Shown: positions 1 through 12,696 of the stretch, one piece after another
Numbering within the stretch: position 1 is the first letter of the stretch
How the letters are laid out: the number at the start of each line of letters is the position of its first letter
Assembly: GCA_964016885.1 (NCBI GenBank)
Contig: OZ024740.1
Span: forward strand, 285,138,001-285,202,000
Reading direction: 5' to 3'
Source: Eledone cirrhosa
Taxonomy: Eukaryota
DNA: 64,000 nt
Notes under the pieces: model-generated
The model's database searches: none
What the model was told of the DNA's origin: nothing
What the model saw: only the letters and a program-made list of their open reading frames with translations
Program-made: the position numbers and the translations under genes

Positions 1-4
1 AAGC

Positions 5-42
<38 letters not shown>

Positions 43-53
43 GCTTTTGTTGA

Positions 54-86
<33 letters not shown>

Positions 87-476
87 CTATATTTAGTGAT
101 ATTGAGGTCATCTGCCCTGTAGTTAGACTTAAAAGACACACATACACAACAAATAGATGACAACGCAGAAAGAAAATATGTGAATTTAAAAAACCTATAC
201 GTATGTAGTAACTGGTAAAAGGATATGAACTGCTGAACTCTCAGTTAGTTGCCTATTACTCTAATGGTATAATTCTTTTGTTTAATCCAAGTGTTTCCAA
301 TTGTTTTTCACAATAGAAACATCAAATATTGCTGAGAGGCTTATAAAGAAGCCATAACCTTTTTAATACCAAACCAATTGAAATTACTCATGATTCTTCT
401 ATACAAAATTATTTGTTATAAATTGTCTAGATTTATATAAAAACCATCCATCATAATTTTGTGCAAGAGCCCTTAA

Positions 477-1090
477 CCCTTTAGCATTTACATTACATGG
501 CTTAGTGGTTAGAGCATTGGCTTTGCAATCGAAAGGTTGTGAGTTCAATTCTCAGATCGGGTTATGTGTTGTTTCCTTGAGCAAGACACTTTATTTCACA
601 TTGCTCCAGTTTACTCAGCTGTAGAAATGAGATGATAGGACTGGGGTCCCTATCATTCCATTGCAAAGTGGTCATGGAGGTGCCACGGCAAAAAAGCATC
701 CAGCACTCACTGTAAATGAGGTTGGTGTTAGGAAGGGCATCCAGCTGTAGAAAGCAAGCCAGAATCAGTTCTCGTATGAGCAAGACAAGGTCAGCTGACC
801 AGACACTGCCCACAACAGGACAACCTGTCTAACCCATGCTAGCGTGGAAGAATGGACGTAAAATGGTCATGATGATGATGATGATGATTACCCTATATAT
901 ACTATCATATTTTCACAGCTTTACCTCACATAATTATCTCACATAATATCAAATCAATGAGACTTTGATGTTATTTATTTTGAGAGTAATACCATAACAT
1001 TAGTATGAGTGGCCAGTTCGAGCCAGTTTAAACAGAAAGAGGTGAGAGAATGCTAAAGGTTTAAGTTATAAAGGTTTAAATGCTAAAGAG
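477..1090. mobile_element. piggyBac-type MITE (~210 bp family) interrupted by a SINE
   Basis: TTAA|CCCTTTAGCATTTA start; TAAATGCTAAAGAG|TTAA end; body matches the copies at 7050 and 53895; SINE inserted at 496-886. Confidence 0.75.
496..886 (+). mobile_element. tRNA-derived CORE-like SINE with RTE-type tail
   Basis: A box TGGCTTAGTGG, B box GAGTTCAATTC, CCTTGAGCAAGACACTT core, RTE-like 3' end, (GAT)n tail. Confidence 0.85.
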
Positions 1091-2452
1091 TTAAGTTATG
1101 TCTAAACACAAGTTTAAAAATGTGTTAGAATTTCACCAAATTCCTAAATGCCGATAAGCAATGACCCCGCATCTTTGGTCAAAGAAGGCATTGGAGCCTC
1201 AGCAGTCAGTTTAAAAATGACAAAGATAATACTTTCAAAAGTTTGATTATTTTCGAAATTATTTTAAACATGAACTCAGTGTATTTTATTGGAAATATGT
1301 CCACAAAAGTTATGTAATAACAAATGGGTCAAACTTGATAATTGAAAGAATGTTTATTATACTAAAATATATCATATCATTAAAATAAATATATAATAAA
1401 GTAGAAGAATTATCAGACTTTATTGACAAATCATGTAGGAACTTGCCAAATTATTTTAATGAAAATGTTGAATGAAAACCACAGGTTTAACCTCAGACTA
1501 ACTCTGACAAATCTATGACCACCTATTCTTTTTTGTCAAGATATAGTTTATGCAAGATTACATTATTCAATACGATCTTTTAATAAGATAGTAGCAGGGG
1601 ATTTAAGGGAGATTTCTCTGCTGTTTCTAGCCACACCAAGACTTCCTTGTTGGCTTGTGCTCACTTATGTATTAAATTAAAGTGCAAATTATCTTATCAC
1701 AGCCAAAGACAATAATCTGTTGTAGATAAATTCTCTGTATGCCAGGCTCATAAAAATGTCTAAAATCACAGATATATAGAAATAAGAGGAATGAAATATT
1801 TCAACCACGAAAGAAACTTATTTTATAGATTATCTACTTTTACATGGTGTTCACATCCTTGTTGGTAAAACTGCTTCTTATATATACTGAGGAGACAAAC
1901 AATTAAACTAATTTTCACCAAAGTACCAGGTCTTACTTAAGTAGTTAGAGGTTATCAAAGAGGATGTTACTATTTTAGTATCTTATTCAAGACTTTATCA
2001 TAATATTTTAATGTGACACTAAAACACAAATCCAGTTGAATGTTAAAATTCTTTGTTTTCTGTTCTGGTAGAGTAGCAAAACAATCTCTAAAGGTCCCTA
2101 GATTAATTTCCACAGACAAGATTAAACTTGTTTACATATTAGTTTTTAAATGCTCACATATACACACATATTTATTTAAATGTCTGTATGAACATGTTTA
2201 TGTGTGTATATGCATACACACATAAACATGTATACATACACACACATATAATATATATATAAATCCAACCCATGTAAGCGTGGAAAAGCAGATGTAAAAG
2301 CGATGATGGTATATGTGTGTGTATATATGCATGTGTCTGTGTATATGTGTGTATGTATGTGTCTATGTACATATGTGTGTGAGTGTGTGTGCATATGTAT
2401 GCATGATGTATTTTAACATTAATATTTGTATTTTTTAGAGTATTTATATGAA

Positions 2453-2772
2453 GGTGCGTGGTTTTGTGGTTAAGGTATTTGGCTCACAATTGTAAGGTCA
2501 TGAGTTCGATTCCCAGCAGCACATTGTGTCCTTGAACAAGACACTTTATTTCATGTTGCTCCAGTCCATTCAGCTGGCAAAAATGAGTTGTACCTGTAAT
2601 TAAAAGAACTAGCTTTGTCACATTCTGTGTTATGCTGAATCTCCCAGAGAACTACATTAAGAGTACACGTGTCTGTGGAATGCTCAGCCACTTGCACGTT
2701 AATTTCATGAGCAGGCTGTTCTGTTAATCAGATCAATTGGAACACTCGTCGTCGTAACCGATGGAGTGCCTC
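2453..2772 (+). mobile_element. tRNA-derived CORE-like SINE, second family
   Basis: A and B boxes (GAGTTCGATTCC), GTCCTTGAACAAGACACTT core, different 3' body ending GTCGTCGTAACCGATGGAGTGCC. Confidence 0.75.
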
Positions 2773-3186
2773 CATATATAAATATAGTTCAAATTTCAAG
2801 AAATCCAAGGATAGTATATTATCATTTATTTATACATCTCTACAGGCATTTCAACATGGCTAGAATATTGCTTTTATTTGTAAAGAGAACTAGATATTAC
2901 CAGTTAATAATTGACTACATTATAGGTGTTTTATTCTGAGCATATCTCTTCAGGAAATATATATAATAAGATAACAATAGATTAATTAATATCATAAGAG
3001 AAGTATTTAGGCATGCATTTAATATTTCAAATGCAAAAAAAGCATAAGCTTGCGTAGGTTTTCAGACATGCAAAATTATAAATTTCTTTAAAAGCAGGTC
3101 TATTCAGGTTGCCATCTCTAGGAAAACTGTTGAATTCAATGTTTTTGGTATAAGAAGTTCAATTGGCCATCTGTATAAATATATAT

Positions 3187-3187
<1 letters not shown>

Positions 3188-3223
<36 letters not shown>

Positions 3224-3700
3224 CCATTTAATGTCTATTTTGTATGCTTGCATGGGTTAGACATCTGTTGCATGCTTAGGCCAGACCAGTCAAGTAACTA
3301 TGTCCTGCTAGAATATTTTGTTTTGGCTTGGTTTCTACAGCTGGATGCTCTTCTCAATGCCATCCACTTCACAGTCTGGGAGCATTTCATTGTGACACTT
3401 ACACTACCACCTTTCAGGGTGGACTGGATGCTTTTAATTGTGCTACCAGCAGTACTACCTTACACATTGGACAGGGTCCTTTTCATCAAGACGCCAGCAC
3501 TACCACCCTACAGGGTGGACAGAGTGGTTTTGTTGTGGCACCAGCACTACCTCATTACAGCACTAAGGTACTCTGTGTCCTTAATCTTACTGGGGAGGCA
3601 TTGGTGGGGGTTCAGGCTAGAGTACAGATATTGCCTTGTCAATGGGGGTCGGGTTAAGGAGGTGGCTTTGAAGCAAGTGGATAGTGTCTGACATACTTGG
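3188..3700 (-). mobile_element. degenerate RTE LINE 3' UTR
   Basis: (ATC)n tail, CTACAGCTGGATGC motif, reiterated CAGGGTGGAC modules. Confidence 0.6.
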
Positions 3701-4333
3701 GGCATGTGATGGGTGCCTGGCTTCCCTTGATTGCCTAAAAAAGAGCATTTATATGTTACTTTCAATGAGAAGGCAGCATTGGAGTAAGTGGATGGGTTTT
3801 ATACTAGTACACAACCGATTGTCTTATAAAAGGAATAAGTCATATTATTTTCCATCCTGTTTGTTCATGTTTATGTCCCATCTTCTCTTTTGTAATGCTT
3901 TAAGCACCATTTCCTTCTTCTCATCACTCTTTCATTCCTTCCCCTTGTTTCTTATGTATCTAGCCATCAACCTCTTTTTTTTTTATGTAGCTTCTCTGCT
4001 AGCACCACATTGCTACATTAATGTTTTACTTCTTACTGACACTCTTTCTCTCATATAATTACACCTTACATCCAATCACCTGCCTCGTCCCTAATCTTTT
4101 ACTCTCTACCTTTCCTCTCTCTTTTGCTTTCTAAATCTCAAACTCTAATAGTGTTCAGTCCCACTGTGTGGCACCTTGGGCAAGAATCTTCTATTATATA
4201 TAGTCCCAGCCAGATATCAATACTTGGTGAGTGAATTTGGTAGATGGAAACTACGAAGAAGCCAGTGGTGGATATATATATATCATCATCATCATCATCA
4301 TCGTTTAATGTGAATTTTCTATGCCAGCATGGG

Positions 4334-4367
<34 letters not shown>

Positions 4368-4438
4368 AGTACAGATCAAAGTTTAAGCAAAGAATTTCTG
4401 CTTTCACCCTATTAAGATTCTGTACTAATAATAAGAAT

Positions 4439-6153
4439 GGGAGAGAGAGAAACTACCCCCAGTAGACCTGACAGAAGGATCAGCTATTGAGATTGACGAA
4501 TATAGGGTCCAAGAGGCAATTAAGGAAATGAAAAATGGTAAAGCAGCTGGACCATCGGGGATAGTTGCTGAAAAGCTGAAGGCATCAGGGGACGTAGGTA
4601 CTAAACTGGTTGCACGCATCATCAATCAAGCTATATATGGCGGAGTCACACCCAAAGACTGGTGCAGCAGTATTCTCATAAATTGCTACAAAGGTAATGG
4701 GGATGCTCTGGAGAGGAGCAACTATAGAGGCATAAAACTGATGGATCAGGTTATGAAAGTGGCAGAAAGGATATTAGCGCAGCTAATTAGAGAAAGGGTC
4801 AAACTTGATGAGATGCAGTTTGGTTTTGTACCTGGGAAAAGTACAACAGATGCCCTCTTCTTAGTGAGACAACTACAAGAGAGGTTCTTAGAGAAGAATA
4901 AGCCACTATACTTAAATTTTGTTCATCTAGAGAAGGTCTTTGATAGGGTACCCCGATCTGTCATCTGGTGGTCCCTAAGGAAACTAGGTATTGAGGAATG
5001 GCTTGTGAGGACAGTGCAAGCTTTGTACAGAGGTGCTGTCAATAAAGTGAGGGTAGGAATGGAGTTTAGTGAGGAATACCAGATACAAGTAGGAGTACAT
5101 CAGGGTTCGGTCCTCAGCCCGCTCTTGTTCATTATAGTCCTCCAAGCCATAACAGAGGAGTTTAAGACTGGCTGTCCATGGGAACTTCTCTATGCTGATG
5201 ATCTGATTCTTATAGCAGAATCAGTAGAGGAGCTAGAGAAGAAATTCTGGCTATGGAAACAGCAGTTGGAATCAAGAGGACTGAGACTGAACCTAGCTAA
5301 GACAAAAGTGTTGATAAGTAGAAAAGAGGACAAAACTCTGATTCCATCAGGGAAATGGCCATGTTCAATATGTAGAAAAGGAACTGACATAAATTATATA
5401 CAATGTACACAATGCAGATATTGGGTACATAAGAGATGTAGTGGGATAGCAGGCAAACTAACAGGTAGGGAAAAATATGCATGTAGATGTACAGGGAAAT
5501 TTGACAGTAAAAGTCGCAGCGATAGACACATTTTTCAAATGCAGGTACGTTCTATAGAAGTGGTTGATAGCTTCTGGTACCTAGGTGATCAGATTATCAT
5601 GGGAGGGGGGGTTTCGAGGCCATAGTATCTAGAATAAGGATGAGTTGGAAGAAGTTTAGGGAGCTGCTTCCTCTGTTGACAAAGAAGGGTTTATCCCTGC
5701 GTACAAACGGCCGGTTATATGATAGTGAGACATGGGGAGCAACTGCAGAGGATATGCGACGGCTGGAGAGAAATGAAGCCAGCATGCTCTGTTGGATGTG
5801 TAATGTCAATGTACGTGAACGACCAAGCATGGATGAGTTGAAAGAGAAACTGTGTATAAGAGGGATAAATTGTAGTGTGCGGGAGAGAAGACTGCGATGG
5901 TATGGACATGTGATGCGCATGGAGGATAACTGCTGGGTGAAGAAGTGCCAAGAAATCCCAGTAGAAGGAAGACGCAGTAGAGGAAGACCACAAAAAACAT
6001 GGGCGGAGGTGGTGAGAGCAGACCTCAGATTGCTGAAGCTCATGGAGGAGATCACGAAGGACCGTGACAAGTGGAGAGATGCTGTGCCAAATAGGACCCA
6101 TCCCACCCTTGCAAGCAGGGAAATGCGTATGTAAAATAAAGATGATGATGATG
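4439..6153 (+). mobile_element. RTE LINE family A, 5'-truncated; RT-PHD-C-terminal pseudogene
   Basis: ORFs 4528-5625 (GVHQGSVLSP, YADD) and 5640-6134 joined by a frameshift; (GAT)n tail; inserted into a Penelope pLTR-like remnant (4363-4438 plus 6154-6205). Confidence 0.93.
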
Positions 6154-6265
6154 AATCCTTATTGAGCTCTCTTTGGATTTTAGTCTCCGTAATTATTATT
6201 ACTATATATATATATATGCACACATGTGTATGTGTATATGTGTGTGTGTATGTGTGTGTGTGAGA

Positions 6266-6271
<6 letters not shown>

Positions 6272-6355
<84 letters not shown>
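6272..6355. repeat. (GA)n microsatellite
   Basis: pure dinucleotide run. Confidence 0.97.
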
Positions 6356-6358
<3 letters not shown>

Positions 6359-7049
6359 TTGGAGCAAGCTTCATATTGACATTTTTTATAATAGCTAATT
6401 GTAACATTGTTTATGTACCCCCATAAGTCAGGAAGAGTATCCAACTACAGAAAACCTGCCTAAAAAATCTCATCCCAACCCATGCTGAACTAGAAAATCT
6501 GGACGTAAAAATGATGATGGTGATGATGATATATTTATTTATATCCATACATCGCAGCACATTGAACTGTATGTTCTGAAATGTATGGGTGAGATATTAG
6601 CGCAGTTATTTTTACTGTTTGATAATCTTTCTATTTGCAAACCATTCAACCATAACATTGGAATGAAAATTATTTTTGTTCATTTTGCCAAACTAGAGTG
6701 AGTTATGAGCATTTCTCAGGGTCATGATAAGTGCAATAAGAATAACAATTTCAAATATAGGCTCATATTCATAAAATTGAGAGAAAGAATATAACTGATA
6801 AAATCAATTGCAGCACTTATTTGCCTTTTGGTTACAGGTTTGTAAGGGAATAACTGCAACATTCTGTATCTCAAGGGACTTCTTTCCTAAAGAACTAGTC
6901 TTTCAGTTTTCTTGACAGTGTTTTTATATCCTTTATTGATGTAGGTGCATATACATGCATATAAGATCATTGATCGCCCTAACATGTAAACAAAACATTC
7001 AGAAAACATTGTTAAACCAACTACTGACCTCCACACATATTCCTATTAA

Positions 7050-7257
7050 CCCTTTAACATTTACATTACTCTATATATACTAATGTATTTTCACATAAAA
7101 GGCTTCATCTCACATAATATTGAATCTATGATATTTTGATATTATTTATTTTGAGAACAATACCTTAACATATGTATGAGCAGCCGGTTACAGACGATTT
7201 GAACAGAAGGAGGTGGGAGAATTCTGACCAGATACAGCCGGTTTAAATGCTAAAGGG
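7050..7257. mobile_element. intact piggyBac-type MITE
   Basis: TTAA at 7046-7049 and 7258-7261; TIRs CCCTTTAACATTTA / TAAATGCTAAAGGG. Confidence 0.85.
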
Positions 7258-7761
7258 TTAAACTAAATACTGATCTGCATCCCTATATATATTCCGTAAA
7301 CCAACCATTGGCCCACACCAGCCACTGGTATGGGGAAGAAAGATGTTATCAAATTGCAGCTGCCATATTATGTAGTTTCTGTATAATAAAACTATTATTA
7401 TCTGCAGCGACCACAACACCATTATGTAATAGACAGTGCTTCACCCTTTCCTTGCATCCCTGAACTATAAACTCACAAAAATGAACCACAGAAACAAGGA
7501 ATAAGTCTTTAAAATGAAATAATCTAACAGTGTGATGCCATGTTCCAAGAAGTTTGTATGAGAAAAACCATAGCCCATACAACACATGAAAATAACCAAA
7601 CTATTATTGAAATAAATTAAATGATCCAAATATTATAGATGAATGCCACTTAAATACAATATCCAAAAGCAACATAGAATTATGCACATACTTCAAACTG
7701 CATTATATATATAGTTGATGGCTGAGAGAAAAGAGTACTCAATACTGAAGTAGAGTTTAAA

Positions 7762-7887
7762 TATTCATTTTATTAAGTCTAAATAATGAGTCTTGTTACT
7801 CCAGAGTTTCGCCTGTTTATCAGATGATAAACAGGCTATATTCCAGAGTAATAAAACTCACTATTTAGCCTTAAGAAAATGAATATA
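7762..7887. repeat. imperfect palindrome, pLTR-like family
   Basis: arms around GCCTGTTTATC-AGAT-GATAAACAGGC; shares ACTCACTATTTAGCC with 21021 and a near-match at 63963. Confidence 0.6.
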
Positions 7888-7889
7888 TA

Positions 7890-7971
7890 CAGGATCCCCC
7901 CCCCCCCCTCCCAATAATGTATACACACTTTGATTACCTGTACAGGCAATATCTATTTTTTTGGACACCCT
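7890..7971. mobile_element. tiny Tc1/mariner-type MITE
   Basis: TA|CAGG start, TTTTTTGGACACCCTG|TA end; left TIR degenerate. Confidence 0.45.
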
Positions 7972-7982
7972 GTATATATATA

Positions 7983-8313
7983 TCATTTCATTTTACGTCC
8001 GCTTTTCCCTGCTTGCAAGGGTGGGACGGGAACTGATTCTGGCTTGATTTCTACAGCCGGATGCCCTTCCTAACACCAACCTCATTTACAGTGAGTGCTC
8101 GGTGCTTTTTTTGCCGTGGCACCTCCACGACCACTCTGCAGTGGAATTATATGGACCCCAGTCCCTATCATCTCATTTCTACAGCTGAGTAAACTGGAGC
8201 AATGTGAAATAAAGTGTCTTGCTCAAGGAAACAACACATCACCCGATCTGAGAATTGAACTCACAACCTTTCGATTGCAAAGCCAATGCTCTAACCACTA
8301 AGCCATGTGCCTC

Positions 8314-8314
<1 letters not shown>
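7983..8314 (-). mobile_element. CORE-like SINE with RTE-A tail
   Basis: full head to tail; near-identical to 22811, 36722 and 53358. Confidence 0.88.
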
Positions 8315-8350
<36 letters not shown>

Positions 8351-8396
8351 ATGTATGTATGTATGTATGTATGTATGTATGTATGTATGTATGTAT

Positions 8397-8860
8397 GCCA
8401 GGTCACCAGTTGGTGCTACTGGTAACATGTATCCCAGTACAACCTGTCTCATGGTCGGGTCGTTGGCGACTAAACCGGCAACCCCACCAAGGTTTCTTGG
8501 TGAGGAGGGTGACTTTGGACATCCTGCAGGACTAAAAACAAAACCTGTCAAAGGGCAAAGGACCTCTTAAGAGTCAATGGCCATCCAAAATCACCGGGAG
8601 AGATGACCCCTTAGCCTTTGTCAAGGCAGAATTCTAGGAGAAGGAAAACTCTGATATAACACCTGCAACCCTGATGGTATCCAATGATGTTGACCTGTTC
8701 TTCTTTTTGGTAAATATCATCTTGGTTAAGAGAGTGGGACTGGCTTTGTGCAGTGCCTTTGCTCACTATAAAAGCTTCACGGCACAGGCATTGCTTTATA
8801 TCTGGAGATCACTCTGCACTTGTCGTCACATGCTACCATGGGCCCAGCACTATGTGTCAA
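8397..8860 (+). mobile_element. probable RTE LINE 5' UTR fragment
   Basis: GTCG..GGCGACTAA and TCTAGGAGAAGGAAAACTCTGA motifs that I recognise from RTE 5' regions. Confidence 0.5.
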
Positions 8861-9065
8861 TAATTGTCACACGTGTAGTGTTTGTACCAGAGTTTTCAAG
8901 TCGCTGGCTGGACTAAAAAGTCACACTCGTTCCGCGCATCGGTAGGGGTTTTCCTACATGGATATAAAGTAGTGGCCGTACTCAAAAACAAGTTGGCAGC
9001 CACGATATATATATATATATATACAATATATTAACAAATGGAAACTATATTTATAAAACCATATT

Positions 9066-9131
9066 TATTTCATTATACGTATTTCAAGGGCCACCAAGGC
9101 AGATTATGGTGCTCTTTCATCAGATAAAATA
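9066..9131 (-). ncRNA. type I hammerhead ribozyme motif
   Basis: UAUUUUAU-CUGAUGA-stem II-GAAA-UACGUA-UA-AUGAAAUA; 8-bp stem I, palindromic stem III. Confidence 0.75.
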
Positions 9132-9276
9132 TAATATAGATTATTTTTGTAAATAAATATTGACATACCCTGAAAAATGCAACCTTCACGGTTGGAGTCT
9201 CCTGGATAGTTGAGTGCTTTATATCAGTTATAAAAATATTTTGCTTGTTGTATCCGAACAAATTAAATATAATCTC

Positions 9277-9337
<61 letters not shown>

Positions 9338-9341
<4 letters not shown>

Positions 9342-10927
9342 TCATCATCATCATCATCATCGTTTAACGCCCATCTTCCACACTTGCATGGGTTTGGATG
9401 GGAGTTTTCCCACTTGAGGCAAGAGTGGTTGTCTCGCTCGCATAGGACTGTCTGGCGGGTTTTCTACGGCTGGATGCCCTTCCTAACACCAACCACGTTT
9501 ACAGTGTGGACTGGGAGGTTTTTACTGTGTTGCCTACACGGCCACATTACAGCGTGGACTGTGTGTTTTATTTGTCGTAACACCTACACGACCTCATTTG
9601 TTTCGGACTCGATGTTTGGTACCAACATAACTTTACATTGAAAGGGGTGGTGTGAATGGGGTGGGGGTAGTGGGACGGAGGTGTATTTTGTTAGAGGTGC
9701 CTACTGACTGTAGTAGGTTTCACTTTGTACTTAGGTAAGGCGGGTCTTCTGTATTACTGTGTAGTGCCAAAGATCTCGGTCCAGTGACATTGTCTTGGAG
9801 AGGTGTAAGTGTGTGAGGTCGGAATTTATCAAGTCGTCCCAGGTTTTTCTGCCTACTCCGTGGCTACCCTCTAATTTTATTGCCCTGCACTTTTTTATAC
9901 AGCTGTCGTCTTTCATGCGCATCACGTGACCATACCAACGTAGTCTTCTCTCGAGTAAACAACATCTGATCCCTCTTATTTCTAATTTTTCCCTTAGTTC
10001 CTTTATGCTTTGCCGTTCACGTATAATACTATTACACATCCAGCGGAGCATGCAAGCTTCGTTCCTCTCCAGTCTGCGTATATCCTCTGCACACAATGCC
10101 CAGGTCTCACTGCCATGTAACATTGCTGTTCGTATGCAGGCATCATACAACCTGCCTTTCATTTTTGGGGAGAACCCTTTAGCAGCTAATAGTGGTATAA
10201 GCTCTCTGAACTTTTTCCATCCAGTTCTGACTCTAGCTACTGTACTTTCAGAGCACCCTCCACCATGCTGATTTTGTCACCCAAGTAACGGAAGGTGTTC
10301 ACTATTTCTATAGAACCATCTGTGCAATTGAAAGAGCTAGTATTCTGTGGGCACTTGCTGCTACTTATTGCACCAGAGCACTGGCCACATATAAAATCTA
10401 TGTTCTTAGTTAGCTTACCTGTGATCCCACTACATCTTTTATGCACCCATACTTTGCATTTGGGACATAAAATGGAGTTTCTACCTACTTCTTTCCTACA
10501 CACTGAGCATGGCCATTTCCCGGATGGGACCGGTGACCTATTTTCCTTCCTACAAACTAGAACTTTAGTCTTAGACAGGTTAATTTTAAGGCCTTTTGAT
10601 TCTAGGCCATGCTTCCATGTTTGGAATTTCTTCTCTAGTTCGGCCATTGATTCAGCTATGAGCGTTAGATCATCTGCGTATAGGAGTTCCCATGGGCAGC
10701 CGGTGTTGAACTCCACTGTTATAGCCTGAAGGGCAATAATAAATAGTAGGGGGCTGAGAACAGAGCCCTGATGGACGCCAACTTTTACGCTAAACTCTTC
10801 ACTATATTCGTTGTTAATTCTAACCTTGCTGACTGTTTCTTTATACATGGCTTGTATAGCTCTCACAAGCCATTCGTCAACACCTAGTTTTCTAAGAGCC
10901 CACCAGATAATGGAACGGGGGACTCGT
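9338..10927 (-). mobile_element. RTE LINE family B, 5'-truncated
   Basis: ORFs 10237-10866 (QGSVLSP, YADD, PHD) and 9731-10162; 3' UTR; (GAT)n tail. Confidence 0.93.
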
Positions 10928-11414
10928 TCAGCTTGTACCCTTGGAAAGTTGGGTCTTCTGTATTACTGCGTAACGCCAGAGATCTCGGTCCTGTGTCATC
11001 GCCTTTGAGCGGTGAAATTGGGCAAGATCAGCTTTTATGACCTCATCCCAGGTCTTCTTGGGTCTCCCCACTCCAAGGCTTCCATCGACTTTTTGTGCTC
11101 TGGACCTTTTTATGCAGCTGTCATCCTTCATATACATCACATGTCCACACCAACGTAATCTCCTCTCCTGCACACAACATTTGATTCCTCTTATGCCTAG
11201 TCTCTCTCTTAATTCGTTTATGCTTTGCCATTTACATATATTACCATCACTCATCCATCAGAGCATGCAAGCTTCATTTCTTTCTAATCTACGCAAGTCT
11301 TCTGCACAGAGCGCCCAGGTCTCACTACCATGCAACATTGCTGTTTGTATGCACACATCATACAGTCTGCCTTTCATTTTGAGGGAAAAGCCTTTTGCAG
11401 CTAGCAGTGGTAGT
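10928..11414 (-). mobile_element. RTE LINE family C, C-terminal fragment
   Basis: LHGSETW...RRLRWCGHV...GRPKKTW; closest to 55206-55724. Confidence 0.85.
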
Positions 11415-11723
11415 AATATGTATATCATCATCATCATCATCATTTTACTTCTGCTTTTCCCTGCTTGCAAGTGTGGGACAGATCCTATTCAGGCTGTTTG
11501 TGCAGTTGTTGCAATTCTCATTTGTTGTGCTCATAGTTTTTGGTATTAATATATACTGGTTGGATGCCCTTCCTAACACCAGCACCACTTTACAGCATGG
11601 ACTGAGTGCTTTTATTCGTGCCACCAGCACTAGAGAGGTTGTCTTACTGGACTTATATATATATAAAAAATGTTTTCATCATCATCATCATAGACGTTAA
11701 ACGATGATGATGATGATGATGAA

Positions 11724-11914
11724 AATAACAAAGAGGGTGTGGTAAGATACCAGGTGGACCTGGTAATACTTATGGTAGTAGAGTGGGTAATAGGAAAAGA
11801 GTCAGGACCCCCGATGCCTGAGCTCCGGCCATTTCCACAACTAGATCTGAAGAGTTCGGATCTAGCTGTCAAAATGACCGGAGCTCAGCCGTTAGAGTCC
11901 TGACTCTTTTCCTA
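11724..11914. repeat. pLTR-like element with palindrome 11791-11914
   Basis: TAGGAAAAGAGTCAGGAC...GTCCTGACTCTTTTCCTA; related pieces at 20905-20968, 24711-24825 and 36634-36692. Confidence 0.6.
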
Positions 11915-12288
11915 TATATATATATATATATATATATATGTAAATATGATAATAATGGAGCTGCGGCGTTGCAAATGGGTTACATATAAAAAAGGGGGGA
12001 GTCCTTCATCAGTGACCCTCCAACCGTCCCAGGCATTTCATCGCTTTAAGGGCCATATACCTCAGGTTGGTGCGAACAACGGCTAAAAAAAGTCGTTGGG
12101 ACACGTAAATAAAGAGAACGTTAGGGTGAACAAACAAAATGGTTTAAGCAACAGAAAGTGAGAGGAAAGAGACAAGTCCCAGATTTCTATGAATATAAAC
12201 TCGATAAAATCGTGAACTACTAGAGAATAAAGACCATCAGACCTGGTTGAAATGTGAGCAAGGAAGGAATTTCGCACAGGTCTATATA

Positions 12289-12696
12289 CGAGGGTAATCC
12301 TAAAAGTAAGGTCTCCAAAGCGATGGGGACGCAGAGAAACTGTTCGTATGGCGGTTAGCAACACTGTTGTGATTGGTGCTTCCTTCACTCCCAAACAAGC
12401 ATGCACGCGCTTCGCTGGGATGCTCAATCTTGGCTTGCCAGCCGTTGAGAAAGGAGCTCCCGTTGAACGCTACGGCCAAATGCGAATTTCGCGCAGTTAT
12501 TATATAGAGGACAATCCCAAAAGTAAGGTCTCCTTCCGAGGAAAACATGCGTAAAGATCGGTGGATCACTCTGGATGCTCTCTGCATTTTGGTTCCTGAG
12601 GTTTCCCGAAGCACCATCCACAGGATTTTAACGAAAAAGTTGCAATATCAGAAGTTGCAATATCGGAAGGAGACCTTACTTTTGGGATTGCCCTCG
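12289..12696. mobile_element. mariner-type MITE
   Basis: TA|CGAGGGTAATCCTAAAAGTAAGGTCTCC ... GGAGACCTTACTTTTGGGATTGCCCTCG|TA; a third TIR copy at 12507. Confidence 0.85.

Noticed and set aside
2835-2956. Minus-strand CTGAAGA...GAAA with a ~90-nt insert
   Set aside because: Could not establish convincing stems I and II by eye
12025-12068. Minus-strand hammerhead-like CTGAGGT...GAAA
   Set aside because: Core and stems too degenerate to support a call
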